Under the pieces are notes generated by a model, which worked only from the letters and a program-made list of their open reading frames with translations, did no database searches and had not been told where the DNA came from. A stretch of DNA of 63,317 nucleotides, counting the filler, from Lenisia limosa (lineage: Eukaryota; Protista; Breviatea): the NCBI GenBank assembly GCA_001655205.1. It is 11 parts of 11 records of this genome, joined end to end, with 100 filler letters (N's around TTAATTAATTAA, not from the genome) between each part and the next. Parts side by side here need not be neighbours in the genome. Positions count along the whole stretch, not along the records: positions 1 to 20,407 come from LPNZ01004111.1; 10 more parts are not named here. The stretch is one strand, 5' to 3'. Position numbers and translations under genes: made by a program. Each line of letters opens with the position of its first letter. Within the stretch, counting starts at the first letter, position 1. Of this stretch, positions 1 through 12,800 are shown in pieces.

Positions 1-65
1 GTGAAACGGTGGAAACGAAATTGATATTGAAGAAAATCGAAAAGGAAAAATAAAAGAAGCACCAG

Positions 66-156
66 CAGAGCTTCACTTCGGTTCGAAAACAAAAACTGAA
101 TTTCTCAATAATTCCTCGAAACCTATCGATATTATCCCAAACCGAAGTGAAGCCTG
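66..156. mobile_element. Family-1a hAT-like MITE
   Basis: TIRs CAGAGCTTCACTTCGGTT...AACCGAAGTGAAGCCTG; degenerate TSD AGCACCAG/AGCACAAT. Confidence 0.8.
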
Positions 157-227
157 AGCACAATGCATCGCTGGTTGTCAAGCGCATCCTATTACCACCC
201 CCAATTACTCCCCCTCCAACAAAAAAG

Positions 228-3058
228 TGGAATTGCAGGAGCTTTGATCTGCTTCAGAAGGGTCCTGTATTTGTGGTAGTTCCGCTCAAAAGACAGGAGG
301 GCCTTAACTGACTCCAATTGCGCTTCTTCTTTCTTTGAGACATACTGGGGGGGGGGGGGNNNNNNNNNNNNNNNNNNNNNNNNNNNNNNNNNNNNNNNNN
401 NNNNNNNNNNNNNNNNNNNNNNNNNNNNNNNNNNNNNNNNNNNNNNNNNNNNNNNNNNNNNNNNNNNNNNNNNNNNNNTAGGCCATAGCAAAAGCCATGT
501 CATAGTTCTGCTGCTCCACGAGAATCTGGACTGTGAAAGGTGGAAAGAGGGGAAGTGACTAATATGTATATTACTTAATAACCTGAATATGGAATTAGAC
601 CCCCTCAACCCTGGCAAATTTGATAAACTGGCAGAGGATTTCACCCCTTTTTTTGCTCTCTTTTTCAGCCAAAACTGTGGCTTGGCAAAACATCGAGATC
701 TGAAGGAATTAAATAATAGTGTTTTATTAACAAAAAAACAGTACAGGATTCTATGAGTACCCGAAGCTAAATGGCAAAATGACAAGCAAAGAAATTGGAA
801 ATAAAAATTGTGACCCCCCTCCCCTCTTTCTCACTCACTTTATTGTGGAATGAAGCACAGGCAAGTAAGTTGGGTGACAGATGTGGCTTCTTCTCCCAAT
901 TAGCGAACAGAAGCTCACACGGCCGTATCCTGGGTGGGGTATTAGGCTTCCTTACGGTCCGAAAAAAGACCGGTAAAATATCGATATTTATCGAGGATCT
1001 ATGGGAAATTCAGTCATTTTTCTCATAATTGATTGACATTTATTCAGATAAAAGAAGCAGTCAGCTTTGTATCGACTCACCTCTTAAAACAGCACCATTG
1101 ATATTTGATGAGCAGAAACGCTGTTTCGTGAAGAGGAAGATAGCTCAACTTCCACCTGTACTTCTCGTCCCTGAGAGAGTAAGTTGCTGAGAATTTGAAA
1201 ATTCTACACGAGTTTCAATACTAGAGTTGAAAAATGAATACCATGTATAAAGAAAGAAGATTCCCTTCGTCCATTCAACGGAACCCCCATATCTTCCCAC
1301 AAACTTATCCGAAATAGTTGGAGTTTCCATGTCAGTGACAAAGCTCTTAAAAGGGTCGTGGACGGGATGAATGAGCTTGAGTGTGAAGAACATGTGAATT
1401 ATGAAAGAATGTGATGAGCAATCTGACATGCGAGACTACTGCCTTTCCAGTAACAAAAAAACAATTCTTCTGGACTGGCTCAACTGTCTTTACTTCCAAT
1501 TGACAACTCCAGCAACCTCAATACCCATCATCACCCAATACCCAGCATCCCCCCACCTTCCGGACAAGTGCTCTGAGATCGGCAAGAAGTGTCGTATCTG
1601 TTATCCTGTGCAGCGCCTTGTTGCAAAACGACAATACTTTTGCTGCAGAGTAAAATAGGCAGCAAAACAACAGCTGAACACATGTATCTGGCAAACAAGC
1701 TGCAACAGTTACATTTCCAATTTATTGACTTATAGTGGTGACATGAAATTCCACTCACATCTGAAAGGCCCATCATCCATGTCAGGAAATCGGTACTCGA
1801 TCCACAGAGATAAAAGCAGAATAATTCTAGGGTATCAGAAAGAAAAAGAAAAAGCAGAAAGATTTGCAACTGGTGAAGAAAAGAAAACTAGCTAGAACAC
1901 CATAATCCCGAAAAGTACATAATAGATAAATATAATCTTCTCAGAATGTTGAAAAGTAAGATTTCCGGAGATATCATGATGGGATTCCGCGGCTTCGGCT
2001 ACTACCTTGCCTCTATGCCCATTTGGGTCACGAAGCAACAAATGCCCCAAAAACCGTGAATTGATCCATGACGCCTTATGTCGATGGAATGTGATTTCTT
2101 TAGGTGTCCACTCTTGTCGTACACGAGTGGAAAATGCAAATCTGTGGGAAGGGTAAAAAAAAAAAAAAGCAAATTGGGGGAGGAGTATCATGTTAACATT
2201 TCCAAAGAACACACAAGAAAAAGCAGCACCATACTTTGATGTTAAATGCTCAAGCAGCTCCTCTCCGGAAATAATGTAGGGATGCGTCAGCATGAAGTGT
2301 TTCGGGTAACTTTTACCTGGAAGGGGGTCGGAAGACTGTATGAATATTGAAAACAGGTTTGTAGCTTATTAACAGGAGGGTTCCCTGTGCAAGATACAGT
2401 GACTGTGTAAGTCTTGACTGACAGAACCGGATTTTTTCAGAAAAAATCCATCAAAATTTAACCAGTGTGACTTCAAATTTTTCTGTGGGCCACTTGGGTA
2501 GTAACACCCGCAGATTTGAAAAAACAAGTCCAAATAGATATATACATAATTTATATAGAATGGATCTGCATCCAAATCCCCTTTCCCACTTCTGAAAGTA
2601 GGGTCCAAAAGTTTCTTCAGGATCTTCTCTCGAGAGGCTTGTAAGATCGTCACCTCTCCTACACATAGTCAAAAGAGCTCGCGACAATTCTCTGTGTATA
2701 TGGATTATTGTGGAACGGAAGATAAAGAAAGCAGAGCGAAGAAGACAAAACAGGACCATTAAAGAAAATAAGGAACCCAAAATAGACACCTCTGAATAAC
2801 CATCACCAAGGAGGCATAACTCTTTAAAACACAGTGCTAAGTGCACGTATAAACCAGTAAGCGGTGAAAATACCGTCTTTTCAATAACGGGAAACAGAAA
2901 CCTACCGTCGTTATCATAGCCGAAGATCACGCCTTCTTCCTGTGGCAGGCCCTGCTGCAAGTCGTAAATTGAATTAGTTACGTAAATAGAGGAAAGATGA
3001 CTTGGCGAACAACAAGAGTCTAAAAATGCTCGCCCCTCACCCTTTCAGTGCCTCCCAT
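228..3058 (-). CDS. Ras guanine-nucleotide exchange factor (RasGEF_N/REM + CDC25 domain), multi-exon, 3' end runs off the window
   Basis: Exon translations include ILQASREKILKKLLDP and LTHPYIISGEELLEHL (REM), IRPCELLFANWEKKPHLSPNLL and ISMFCQATVLAEKESKKRGEILCQFIKFA (CDC25), and LLSFERNYHKYRTLLKQIKAPAIPL. GT-AG introns. The start MGGTER at 3058 is tentative. Confidence 0.85.
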
Positions 3059-4102
3059 GTTTCAAATAATCTGGCTTTAATTCACATAATATATAACTTC
3101 GTGTCTAGATTTTCCTCTACCTTGTGAACTTGCTTTAAAATCGATGAAAATGCAAAACAACTTTTACAGGGCCTGATTTTCAATATTTCACCGCTCCCTT
3201 TGAAATCTCAAACGCTTCAAGTTTCTATTTAACTGGTTCAATTCGTTTGTTTCTTTTGAAGAAAACAATATCTTTTAGACTCGATAATTTTCCGATATAT
3301 TTCGATAAATTTTACGATTTTTGCAGACGTTGCTGCGCCTTCGGCCTTTCGTTACCTTTCATGTTTAGATATGTTCCACTCCTACTTTAATAAGAATAAA
3401 ATCAGTGCATTTATATTTGTGTGCCTTTTCTGGATCTGTCAATCTCAGATCCTGTAAGCGGTCCCGAAAACAGAACGAACAATACCCTTACTTTGCTAAT
3501 GATCACAGGTTAAAGCCAGACAACTCTCTGGGAGTCCCTGATGCCACCACCCCCTCGTCACCTGTTCCTCTTTCGGTTGTCACTGCTTTAGAAGCCAGGA
3601 TTGCCGAGTAGGATGGCCTAAACCCTGCAACCTCAACGGCCTTATAGACGAGGGGATCTCGAGACCTAGTCTTATTGCCCCTCTTAAAATATGTTCTCCT
3701 TTGAGGACGTTATCAATATTTAAGATTATATAATTCTATCCTGCAGAGGGTGTGGACAGCTTCGGCCAGATACAAACTTGTTTTTTTATTTCTCATTGAT
3801 ATATATAACCCCATTTGGAACACTCTTTGACAGTCCAATGCTCTCAAGACATTTTCTTTACATCTTTACAATTCAACTTTGCCTTGAGTTAATTTTCTTT
3901 CCACCAAATCGAAGGCACGATTGGAATCTTGCAACGCCCTGGAATTGTTTTTTTTTTTTNNNNNNNNNNNNNNNNNNNNNNNNNNNNNNNNNNNNNNNNN
4001 NNNNNNNNNNNNNNNNNNNNNNNNNNNNNNNNNNNNNNNNNNNNNNNNNNNNNNNNNNNNNNNNNNNNNNNNNNNNNNNNNNNNNNNNNNNNNNNNNNNN
4101 NN

Positions 4103-6330
4103 NCAGCACGGTGACCGAAGGCCTAGGAAGAGAGGGGTATTCGTGCAAGGAATTATATGACAGAGGTGGGGAGGGTGCTCTGTGTAGTTCTTCCCAATGG
4201 TGTTTGTGGGTAGTCCTCTGTGCGAACATAGATCATATGATACTCACGTTTCATGGTGGTAGTCTATAGGCAGGTACAACTTTCGTTCCCTATTTCCATA
4301 CCCAGGCTCCAAGCATAAGTCTTTATCTCCATACCCAGGCTTCAACACGGGTGTCTTCAGTATCAAGTCTTTGGATGGAACGGAATCTTTCCCAGCGTAC
4401 TGTGACATGGATCGTGAAGATGGCCCCTGGATGCTTGTGCTCAACTACTTCTATGTTGGAGGGGGTATCCATAATAAGAATTCGATCACTATTTTTGGAG
4501 ACATTTTGCCAACCCACAGTTGACCTCTGACATTCCTCAGGATGGCAGTGTTCAACTTTCAGCTGAGATGGAGCCCTTGACTACCACGTTTCCCATGTAC
4601 AAGCCGAGAGTTTTGGGTGGGTGATGAAGAGATCTGTCTTCTTTGCGGGTAAGTCCAATGAGTGCCGAAGTAAAACCCAGCTAACATCTTCTTCTTAGGA
4701 CTAGGGTTTCACTTCGGTTCGAAAAAGACCAATACAATATCGATAGTTTTCGAGGATTTATCGATATATTCAGTCTTTTTTGAACCGAAGTGAAACCCTC
4801 CTTAGGACCAATAAAGATACAATATTTTACGTCAGAAAGAACGTTAAACTGTTTTATAATACATTATTTTGACTACGCTTTAGGAGAATCATCGCTTGGA
4901 CAAAGCGATTGGGGGTCAGCTTCCAAAGCCCTCATGTCAAAGGTGAGAGGTTGTTTGTGTTCTACTTTCTTTTAATTTCGTTTTTATGATTTTGAAATGA
5001 TATTATGATACCATGATGGGTTTTCTTTCATGGGTTTAGATCAGTTTCTCTACCATGCGGTTTTATTGCTATGCAGACAGTGTTGGACGTACCATGCACT
5101 TCAAGTAAGCAATGCAGATTATAGGTGCTACTGTTTATTTTTTGTTTTTTTTTTGCAGTCACTACTTTTATAACGAAATCTTTTCCTTTTAGTATGGACA
5201 AATAATATGCTATTTTGGAGGATTTTCTTTTATGCAAAGGAATAACCACTTCCAGAGTTACAAGTGATGCGATTGCTGAGTATTTCAAAACGGGTGGGTA
5301 AACCGGTCTTTAGCTTGGATGGTGCTCTTTTCATCTCTTTTTTCTGTATACTACATGTACACCTTTTATTCACTCATTTGTCTATTTTTCGTGTTACCTC
5401 TGGGGCATTATTTAAAAGGTTCTTAGAGAAGACAATATTCTTGACCATAACATACCAGTACAGTGTCATTAGGTAAAAGTTACTTCCAAGGAACTTAGCA
5501 TTGCTTTTCTTTCATATCTGAATGAAAGTGGCCTCCTGCCATAAAAATGTATTACTCCCCACATTCGAAATGTACAAGGCCTTTGTTTCTGGACAGTTAT
5601 AGATACTCTTTCAGAACTTCATTTCTTGAAAAAGGCAAAGCAGCCTTCATTTTTTTTTTTTTTTATCAACCTCACATTGGATAACCATTTAGGAAGCAAC
5701 GACGTGGGCCTCAGAACCCAACAGATTACTGACTATAAGGTTTACTGGGGACTGCTTCTGTTTTTGTTTTGCCAACCCTGCTGTGTATGTGAAGCTATTT
5801 CATGGTGAGAGGTAAATGATCATTCTGACGTATCCAAGGCAGCTACACTGTTAGAAGGCCATGATGCTATTATACCCCATGGGGATGTGGTATGTTGGTG
5901 TCTCTACCCATTTTGTTTGTGGCAAATAATCAAGAGGGGGGGAGGGTTAATCATATATCAAAAGAATACAATTCTCATGTGTAAATCAATTCATAGTGCT
6001 CCAATTCTGCTTCAGTCTTTCGAAAGCTGATTCTAGCACCTTACTCATTTCTTAGATCATCAATACAAATCCCTCCAACTACCCCATGCTATACCACACT
6101 GTATTTGTCGCCTCAGCCAACCATTGGGTCTTGCCCACCCCAGATTATGAGGTGGGAACTGCTGTGTTTAATGTTCAAAACTAGCTGAATACATAAAACC
6201 TCTTTAAAAGCGGCTGTTGGTTTTGAGGGGAGTTTTTGAAATCATGCCTTGACTCATTCTTGTTTTCGTGACATCTCACTTTAGCCTCACCGTGTAGAGC
6301 CGGTTTTATTGTGACGATACCGGGGCCGTA
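4103..6330 (+). CDS. Fibrinogen-like (YCDxxxxGGGW-type) domain protein, multi-exon, 5' end in a gap
   Basis: Joined exons read GREGYSCKELYDR-G-FNTGVFSIKSLDGTESFPAYCDMDREDGPWMLVLNYFYVGG...TTTFPMYKPRVLG-ESSLGQSDWGSASKALMSK...GRTMHFK-VTSDAIAEYFKTG...MLYHTVFVASANHWVLP. The SC..G.F.I..YCDM..G.W motif is typical of fibrinogen-related domains. Splice phases are consistent at the junctions checked. Confidence 0.65.
4702..4800. mobile_element. Family-1a hAT-like MITE (99 bp)
   Basis: TIRs TAGGGTTTCACTTCGGTTC/GAACCGAAGTGAAACCCT; perfect 8-bp TSD CTTAGGAC (4694-4701, 4801-4808). Confidence 0.92.
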
Positions 6331-6653
6331 AGTAGACCCAACACCATCCATCACATTTGGGTCCAATAGGCCCCTAGCCTTTATTATTGTATTATGTGTT
6401 ATGTGTTATGTTGATTATATAAATGTATTATGTATCTTACATTGATTAGTATTTGACATACCATATAATAAATATCATATGTAACCTAGCCTGTATTTTT
6501 CATTATTCCCACTTTCCATTTATACCAAGGCCACCCAGCACAAGGCTCAACCCCTCTTTATCCATAGGAACCGCAAAACATCCATCATGTGATCAGGAGA
6601 CGAAATACTAACTTTGTCACGTACCAACGCGGCTACCAAGATTGCTTAAGTGC

Positions 6654-9566
6654 CTATCCCTGCTGTTGGAGGTTGATCATGGCGGTGGTAATGATTTTTT
6701 CGTTCGCTTCACCAGGGAGGGCAATTTCTCGGGGCGCTGCGTGGTGTAAATTTGAAACAAAAAAAAAGCCCAAAATGGCTGATAACACACGAGGGTTGAT
6801 AACAACAAAACAAAGACCAGGCCAGTCGCTTTCGCAGCACCGCATCCCATCACTCCAGCGGGCGGGGTGGGGNNNNNNNNNNNNNNNNNNNNNNNNNNNN
6901 NNNNNNNNNNNATAGGAATAGAAGTTCTTGGGAACAATTGACCCTTCACATTCTGAATTCGACAGTCCGCCTCACCGATTTGGTTCTGAACGGAGAAGGT
7001 ATAGACTGCAAGAAGAACATCAGGACCTAGGCCGTTACATTCAACACATTTTAGTTACTCTTACAATAACTGCAATAAAATGGTTTCCAAAGTCAGACAC
7101 ACACCCCGTCCAGAGACAAATATATGATATGTCAAAAGTGTTTAAAAAAAGAGGTAACAACAAGCCCGAACCTACATAATATGTACTATTTAATGAAGAG
7201 AGATGAGAAAAACAAGCCATGTCATACCATACCTATAGCAAGGCCGGCCTGGGAAAGTGCCACAATACACTGCCGCAAACGAATCATGCGCCGCCTTACA
7301 TCAACTGAAGCTTCCTGGGGGGGGGGGGGCNNNNNNNNNNNNNNNNNNNNNNNNNNNNNNNNNNNNNNNNNNNNNNNNNNNNNNNNNNNNNNNNNNNNNN
7401 NNNNNNNNNNNNNNNNNNNNNNNNNNNNNNNNNNNNNNNNTTCGGTTAGAAAAAAGACTGGATTTATCGATAAATCCTCGAAAACTATCGATACTTTACC
7501 AGTCGTTTTCGAACCGAAGTGAATCCTTGGCTGGAAGGTTGTAAAACAAAGGGGAAAAGGGGGTGTGTATATCTTATGGGGGTATTAAGTTCAATAGGTC
7601 AATGACCCTTGCAAACCTCTGCAGTTCTACTCGCGCCTTCAACAGATTCCAAGTCAGCGTCCTGGGAGACTCGAATGAAAATGTACCTAAAATGTTACGA
7701 CATTCGGTGTTGATTTGCAACAGGGTAAAAGACTGTTATATTTGCATGAAGACCAAATCGTATAACCATACACCACAATGTCAAAAGAAAAAACGAAGGA
7801 GCACTGCATACCGCAGTTTTAACACCGCCATATTTATAGTAGCTGTATATCATTGCATATTAGCGCACCCATTGTTGCCGAGGATGATTTCGAGTCCGAA
7901 CGGGAAGGTATGGAAGTGCTGCTTGGACCGACGGATGTATGCCGACGGCACAACCACCATGATGCCCTCCTCAAGCTGTTTCGTGAGTTGGTCGGATTTT
8001 GTGATATTTATCACTCAATCAGAATTACGAAATGCAGTGACGATTTTCGTACCTTTCCATATTTGTCTCCTCGTGTCTGTAAAAACATAGCGTTATCCTA
8101 AGAAAAGTAAAAAAAAAATACGGGATATACATCTCAAAAATCAACCTGTAAATACCCCCATGTCAGAAAATAAATTTACTATTGAATGAATTACCCTTAT
8201 ACTGTGTTTTGAAATATGACTTACCCAAGCTGTATGAACCGTAAGAATAGGACTAGCTTCCTCAAAAACACCCTCACATCATTAATCTTTTGGATTTCTG
8301 CGGAAATAAGATCTCCTTCTTGGAAGAGATTTCGCATTTGAAGCGCATCATCCTGCGTTTTTCTCCGCTATAGCAGTAAGGATTGAACCAAGGTGGTACT
8401 CAATAATGAAATCAAACAAACTGCCGTCCATGTATGCCCTAGGTTTATATTTCATTAACTACCCACCAAAAGTCCACCGGGGAGATTCGTGCCTGAAAGC
8501 GGCAGGATTCCGTCTTGGCGACCCTGGATGTCGATGTTCCAGCGGTTTGCTCCGACCTTTGGGGTGAAAGAGGATTATTGCCCCTATGATCCCAATAATA
8601 TACGTAAGTACCTTCATATCATCATAATCTGTCCTGGTATTAGACAAGGTATATCAGACAATATGTGTGGTATTAGACAAGGTATATCAGACAATATGTG
8701 TGGTATTTTTTTTCATATGATACAACCGCATTTATACCTCAAAAGTTAATATCATGGGTATTAAGAATATGCAGAAATGAGAAATAAGGTAGTATCTGGC
8801 TGAATCCATTCATACTAATTTTAAGAATGTTTAACCCATCACCCATATATTGTTAAAATAAAAGAAAGAAGGGTTAATAATGCGAACCTACCTTCAACAC
8901 TTTGCCAACAACCACATCTCCAACGTCTCCCTGGTATCTGAAAAATCAGACATGGAGAAGGGGAGAGGGGGGTTAGTCCTTTACAATGAACAGATACTTT
9001 AGAATTACTGTTGTGTTGTTTAAAAGAGAGAGATAAAAAGCCTTTGCAGCCCTATTGAAAGAACTGCCCTTAATTCCCCCAACAATTCTTACACCTTCAG
9101 TGTCAACCCTCTTTTATCAAAACTCTCAATGTGAAAAATTCTTATTCTGTGTACTTGTCATCCAACAACCACCAGTATCCCTACCTTCCACTAATTGGCC
9201 TGACAGTAATTAGCTTGTTAATGCGATCAACAACACCAGCTGTTGTGGCAATGATCTTGCCATTGACTGTACGAACGCCATGTCCCCTAGTGCGTTAGGC
9301 AAAGAAACAATAAAATAAGATCAAATAAAAGGCAGAATAGTTCAAGGGTGCAGTAGAGAGTAAATGGTGAAAGACCAGAGCAACCACATACTTGAGATAG
9401 CCATCATCCCTGCAGATTACTTGGCCAGGGATCACTTCATCTTCAGAAAACTCGAAATCTTCACAAAGTCCTTCGACCCTGTTCCTAGAGATCATCAGAA
9501 AATAATCCTTGTGTCGCAATTCCACCCAAACCCTGAAAAGGCATCGTAGAACGAGACTGTCGACAT
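6654..9566 (-). CDS. RRP4: Exosome complex component RRP4 (EXOSC2), multi-exon
   Basis: Exons read VIPGQVICRDDGYLK-GHGVRTVNGKIIATTAGVVDRINKLITVRP, NRWNIDIQGRQDGILPLSGTNLPGG, RRKTQDDALQMRNLFQEGDLISAEIQ, GIMVVVPSAYIRRSKQHFHTFPFGLEIILGNNG and DVRRRMIRLRQCIVALSQ. These are colinear with RRP4. Stop TAG at 6654. Confidence 0.92.
6737..6860 (-). repeat. Family-3 element forming the 3' end of the last RRP4 intron
   Basis: The reverse complement ends ...TTTCAAATTTACACCACGCAG|CG CCC CGA GAA, in frame with the terminal exon. Confidence 0.85.
8632..8705. repeat. 33-bp tandem duplication in an RRP4 intron
   Basis: TGGTATTAGACAAGGTATATCAGACAATATGTG x2. Confidence 0.9.
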
Positions 9567-9886
9567 GGTAATATGATACAGGTCCACAAGTAGTCAATCA
9601 CCAAAAACCCAACACTTCCTTTCTCCCCTTAAAACAAAGTTTCTTGCTCAAATCACCAAAACAACACAAATTAACCGTAAAAATCGCTCAAAATTCAAAA
9701 CAAAACCATATGATCTATTGATCGAAGGTTTCTGTCATTTTGCTCTTTTAGGCGATTCCCAGTGTTTTAGGGTATTAATCACCAATAAACTGGTTAATAA
9801 ATTATTAAGCAACTGTGATAAAAGTAATTAGGGTAGTTAAGGTACTAATAGCCTTCAAGAAGAAGTGATCACTGCAGTTTCCAACG

Positions 9887-12800
9887 ATGGAGGGCGCCTC
9901 TCTTGGATCCCGAGTCGTTGTTAAACGCAAAATGCTACATGGCAATCTCAAACCAGGAGGCAACCCAGGAAAGAAGCAAGCCTCGACCAATTTCTATCTT
10001 CAAAAGCTAGCCAATCGAACACAATCTCTGTCCCAAGGACATGACGAATCTCAACCAGGCAGCCACCCCCTTTCAGTGGCAAGAACCGGCTCGCAACGAA
10101 GAGTGTCAACAGGCCAGTTCAACTCCGTCCTGCCCGAGGCTATTGAGGAGATTGAAGACGACTATCCTGAACCAATTGAAAACGCATTTGAGGTTCTCAG
10201 CGCCCGTTCAAACGCTCAGCAGGTTTGTACATTGATTTTGAACTGCCTATACCATAAGTACATTCTTTTCTTAGCTTATAGGTTGGTAAGATGCTGACAT
10301 CAGGCAACTTGGCTGGTACAGGACCAAGGAGAGCCACACCTCAAACTCACCTTCAACCCCCACCAGGACATAAACCAATTTCAGAAAGTGAGATACGGTC
10401 ATGTTGACTCTCCGTTTGCATATTATTACATAATAAGGGTGATCATCCAATATATGTATATTATATAAGTTTTTTGGCCTGACTCCATGACCCCATGAAA
10501 AAAAAGTGTGATTAAAAGCGTGATTTCAGCCTCACCCCATGACCCCATGAAGATACAGTGTGATATATATATGATATATATTGATTTTTAGAATATGGGG
10601 TAAACAAATACCCTTAAAAATCTTTGTTTTTCCATGCAATTACATATATTCAAACTTGTTTCTTAGTATTTTTGATATTATTGTCCATAACCGATGGGGA
10701 ATCAGTAATTTCACGAAATTCTGACAGTTTAAAAAAAAATCTCATTCACATCTGAATTAAAATCTTAAATATATCATATTACCCGCTGACCCCATGACCC
10801 CATGGTGTACTTTATATATATTAGATGACCACCCTATCCTATTTATATATTTTTAAAATTCCACATTGTAAATTTACCATTTTCAGTTCCTGCACGCTTC
10901 CAATTCCTCTTCAAATACCCCTACTTCAACCCAGTCCAGTCCCAATGTATGGACACCGTCCTTCGTACCGACTGCAACATGGTTATTGGTGCTCCCACTG
11001 GCTCTGGAAAAACAGGTGGGTTTACGTTTTGTTTTATAGTGTATACTTTTATTGTGTATATTTTTATCATAACATGTAATAATCCTCCAGTTGTTGCTGA
11101 GTTGGCAATGGTGAGGGTCTTGAACAAAGAAACTGATTTTGAAAACAGAAAGCCAGGAGCAAGGAAGGTAATCATCTCACTTTTATTTATCTTTAGATTG
11201 TATATTTGGCCCCAATTAAGGCACTTTGTCAAGAGCTTGTTGAAGGCTTCTCATCAAAGTTCAAAGACATCAACGTCAAATGCATTGATTATACTGGAGA
11301 TAATGATGATGATGATTTCTTTGCCTCAAAAGACAGAGTTAAAGTAGGATTGTTACTGGAACATTAATGTCTGCAAAAGGATCAATAATTAATATCAAGA
11401 AGATAAGCATATCTCAATTTACCTTCTCAGACGGCAGATATTATCTTCACGACGCCTGAAAAATGGGACAGCTTGACCCGAAAATGGAAGGACAACAGTG
11501 GAATTATGAGCCAGGTTGCCCTGCTTGTAATTGATGAGGTCCACTTGCTGCATGAGGTTTGTGAGGATGCCTCTCACTTTCAAAATAAGAATTTCTCTTG
11601 CATCACAAACTAGGAACGAGGTACAGCCCTTGAAGCCATTGTGAGCCGAATGAAAACTGCTCTAAAAACAGGCATCAGTGGCACAAACCGCATCCACTGC
11701 CGCTTCTTGGCTCTTTCCGTCGGAGGCTGGCTTCGGTCACTATTTCACCATGCAATTTACTGTTGATGAGAGTTATTCTTTCTGACACCCATAGGCAACT
11801 ATCAAAAATATTGGCGACATAGGTGAATGGCTCATGTGCTCACAGGAGGGTGTCAAGTTCTTCGGTGAGCTGGGTTATGTTTTCTGCTGAATTATCTTAA
11901 AAAAAATGTAAAGTTCAAATTGAGCAACATTCAAAAGCAGTATGAAACACTAACATCCACAGGTGACGAATACCGTCCAGTCAAACTCGACTTGGTGGTT
12001 CAGGGAGTCATACCGTCCAAAGCTGCCCAGGACAGCCCTTTCATTTTTGACAGAAATCTCAACTACAAGTTTGCTGTCTCCCAGTTTTCGTTTTTCGATC
12101 CAACCCTCTTTTGCTCACTTCCAGGATCTATCGAACAATTCAGAACTACTCACAAGACCGCCCGACTCTGGTTTTCTGCACTTCAAGAAAAGTAGGTAGT
12201 TATATTCATCAGTTGCGACGTTTTGTGTATCCTCTTATAATTAGGGTACCAGCCAGGCAGCCCAACAAATCATTAAGGATATGATGGGGTCAACAATGCA
12301 CATCAAAGATCGGTCACGTCTCAATGGCTACGCTGCGAGTGCTACAGATAAGACATTGGTGAACTGCATTCGAAACGGTATGTATGTGGTTCTCTCAACA
12401 ACAGAACTTCATCATATCGAAGTTAGAAATGGATGGTAACAACATACAATGAACACTAGCCAGGTTCCTTTCTGATTCTTTACTCTTCCAGGGATTGGGT
12501 TCCACCACAGTGGGATGGCCTTTGCAGATCGTCGTTTGGTTGAAGGCCTTTTCGAACGCTCAGAAATCATGATCCTCTGTGCCACCACCACTCTTGCTCA
12601 GGTATTTATGGAGAAGACAACAGTATTAGAATTGCATTTATTAAATTTGAACTTTCAAGCTGCCTTATTGGGATTTTAATAACACATTTCAGGGTGTAAA
12701 TCTTCCTGCAGGCCTCGTTATTATCAAGGGCACAAAGCAGTTCTCAAACAGCAAATATGAAGAAATTCCAAGAATGAACATTATCCAGGTTGGAACTGAT

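Noticed and set aside
4694-4808. MITE TSD CTTAGGAC as a duplicated acceptor
   Set aside because: The best exon model has an intron from ~4617 to 4878, which leaves both AGs internal.
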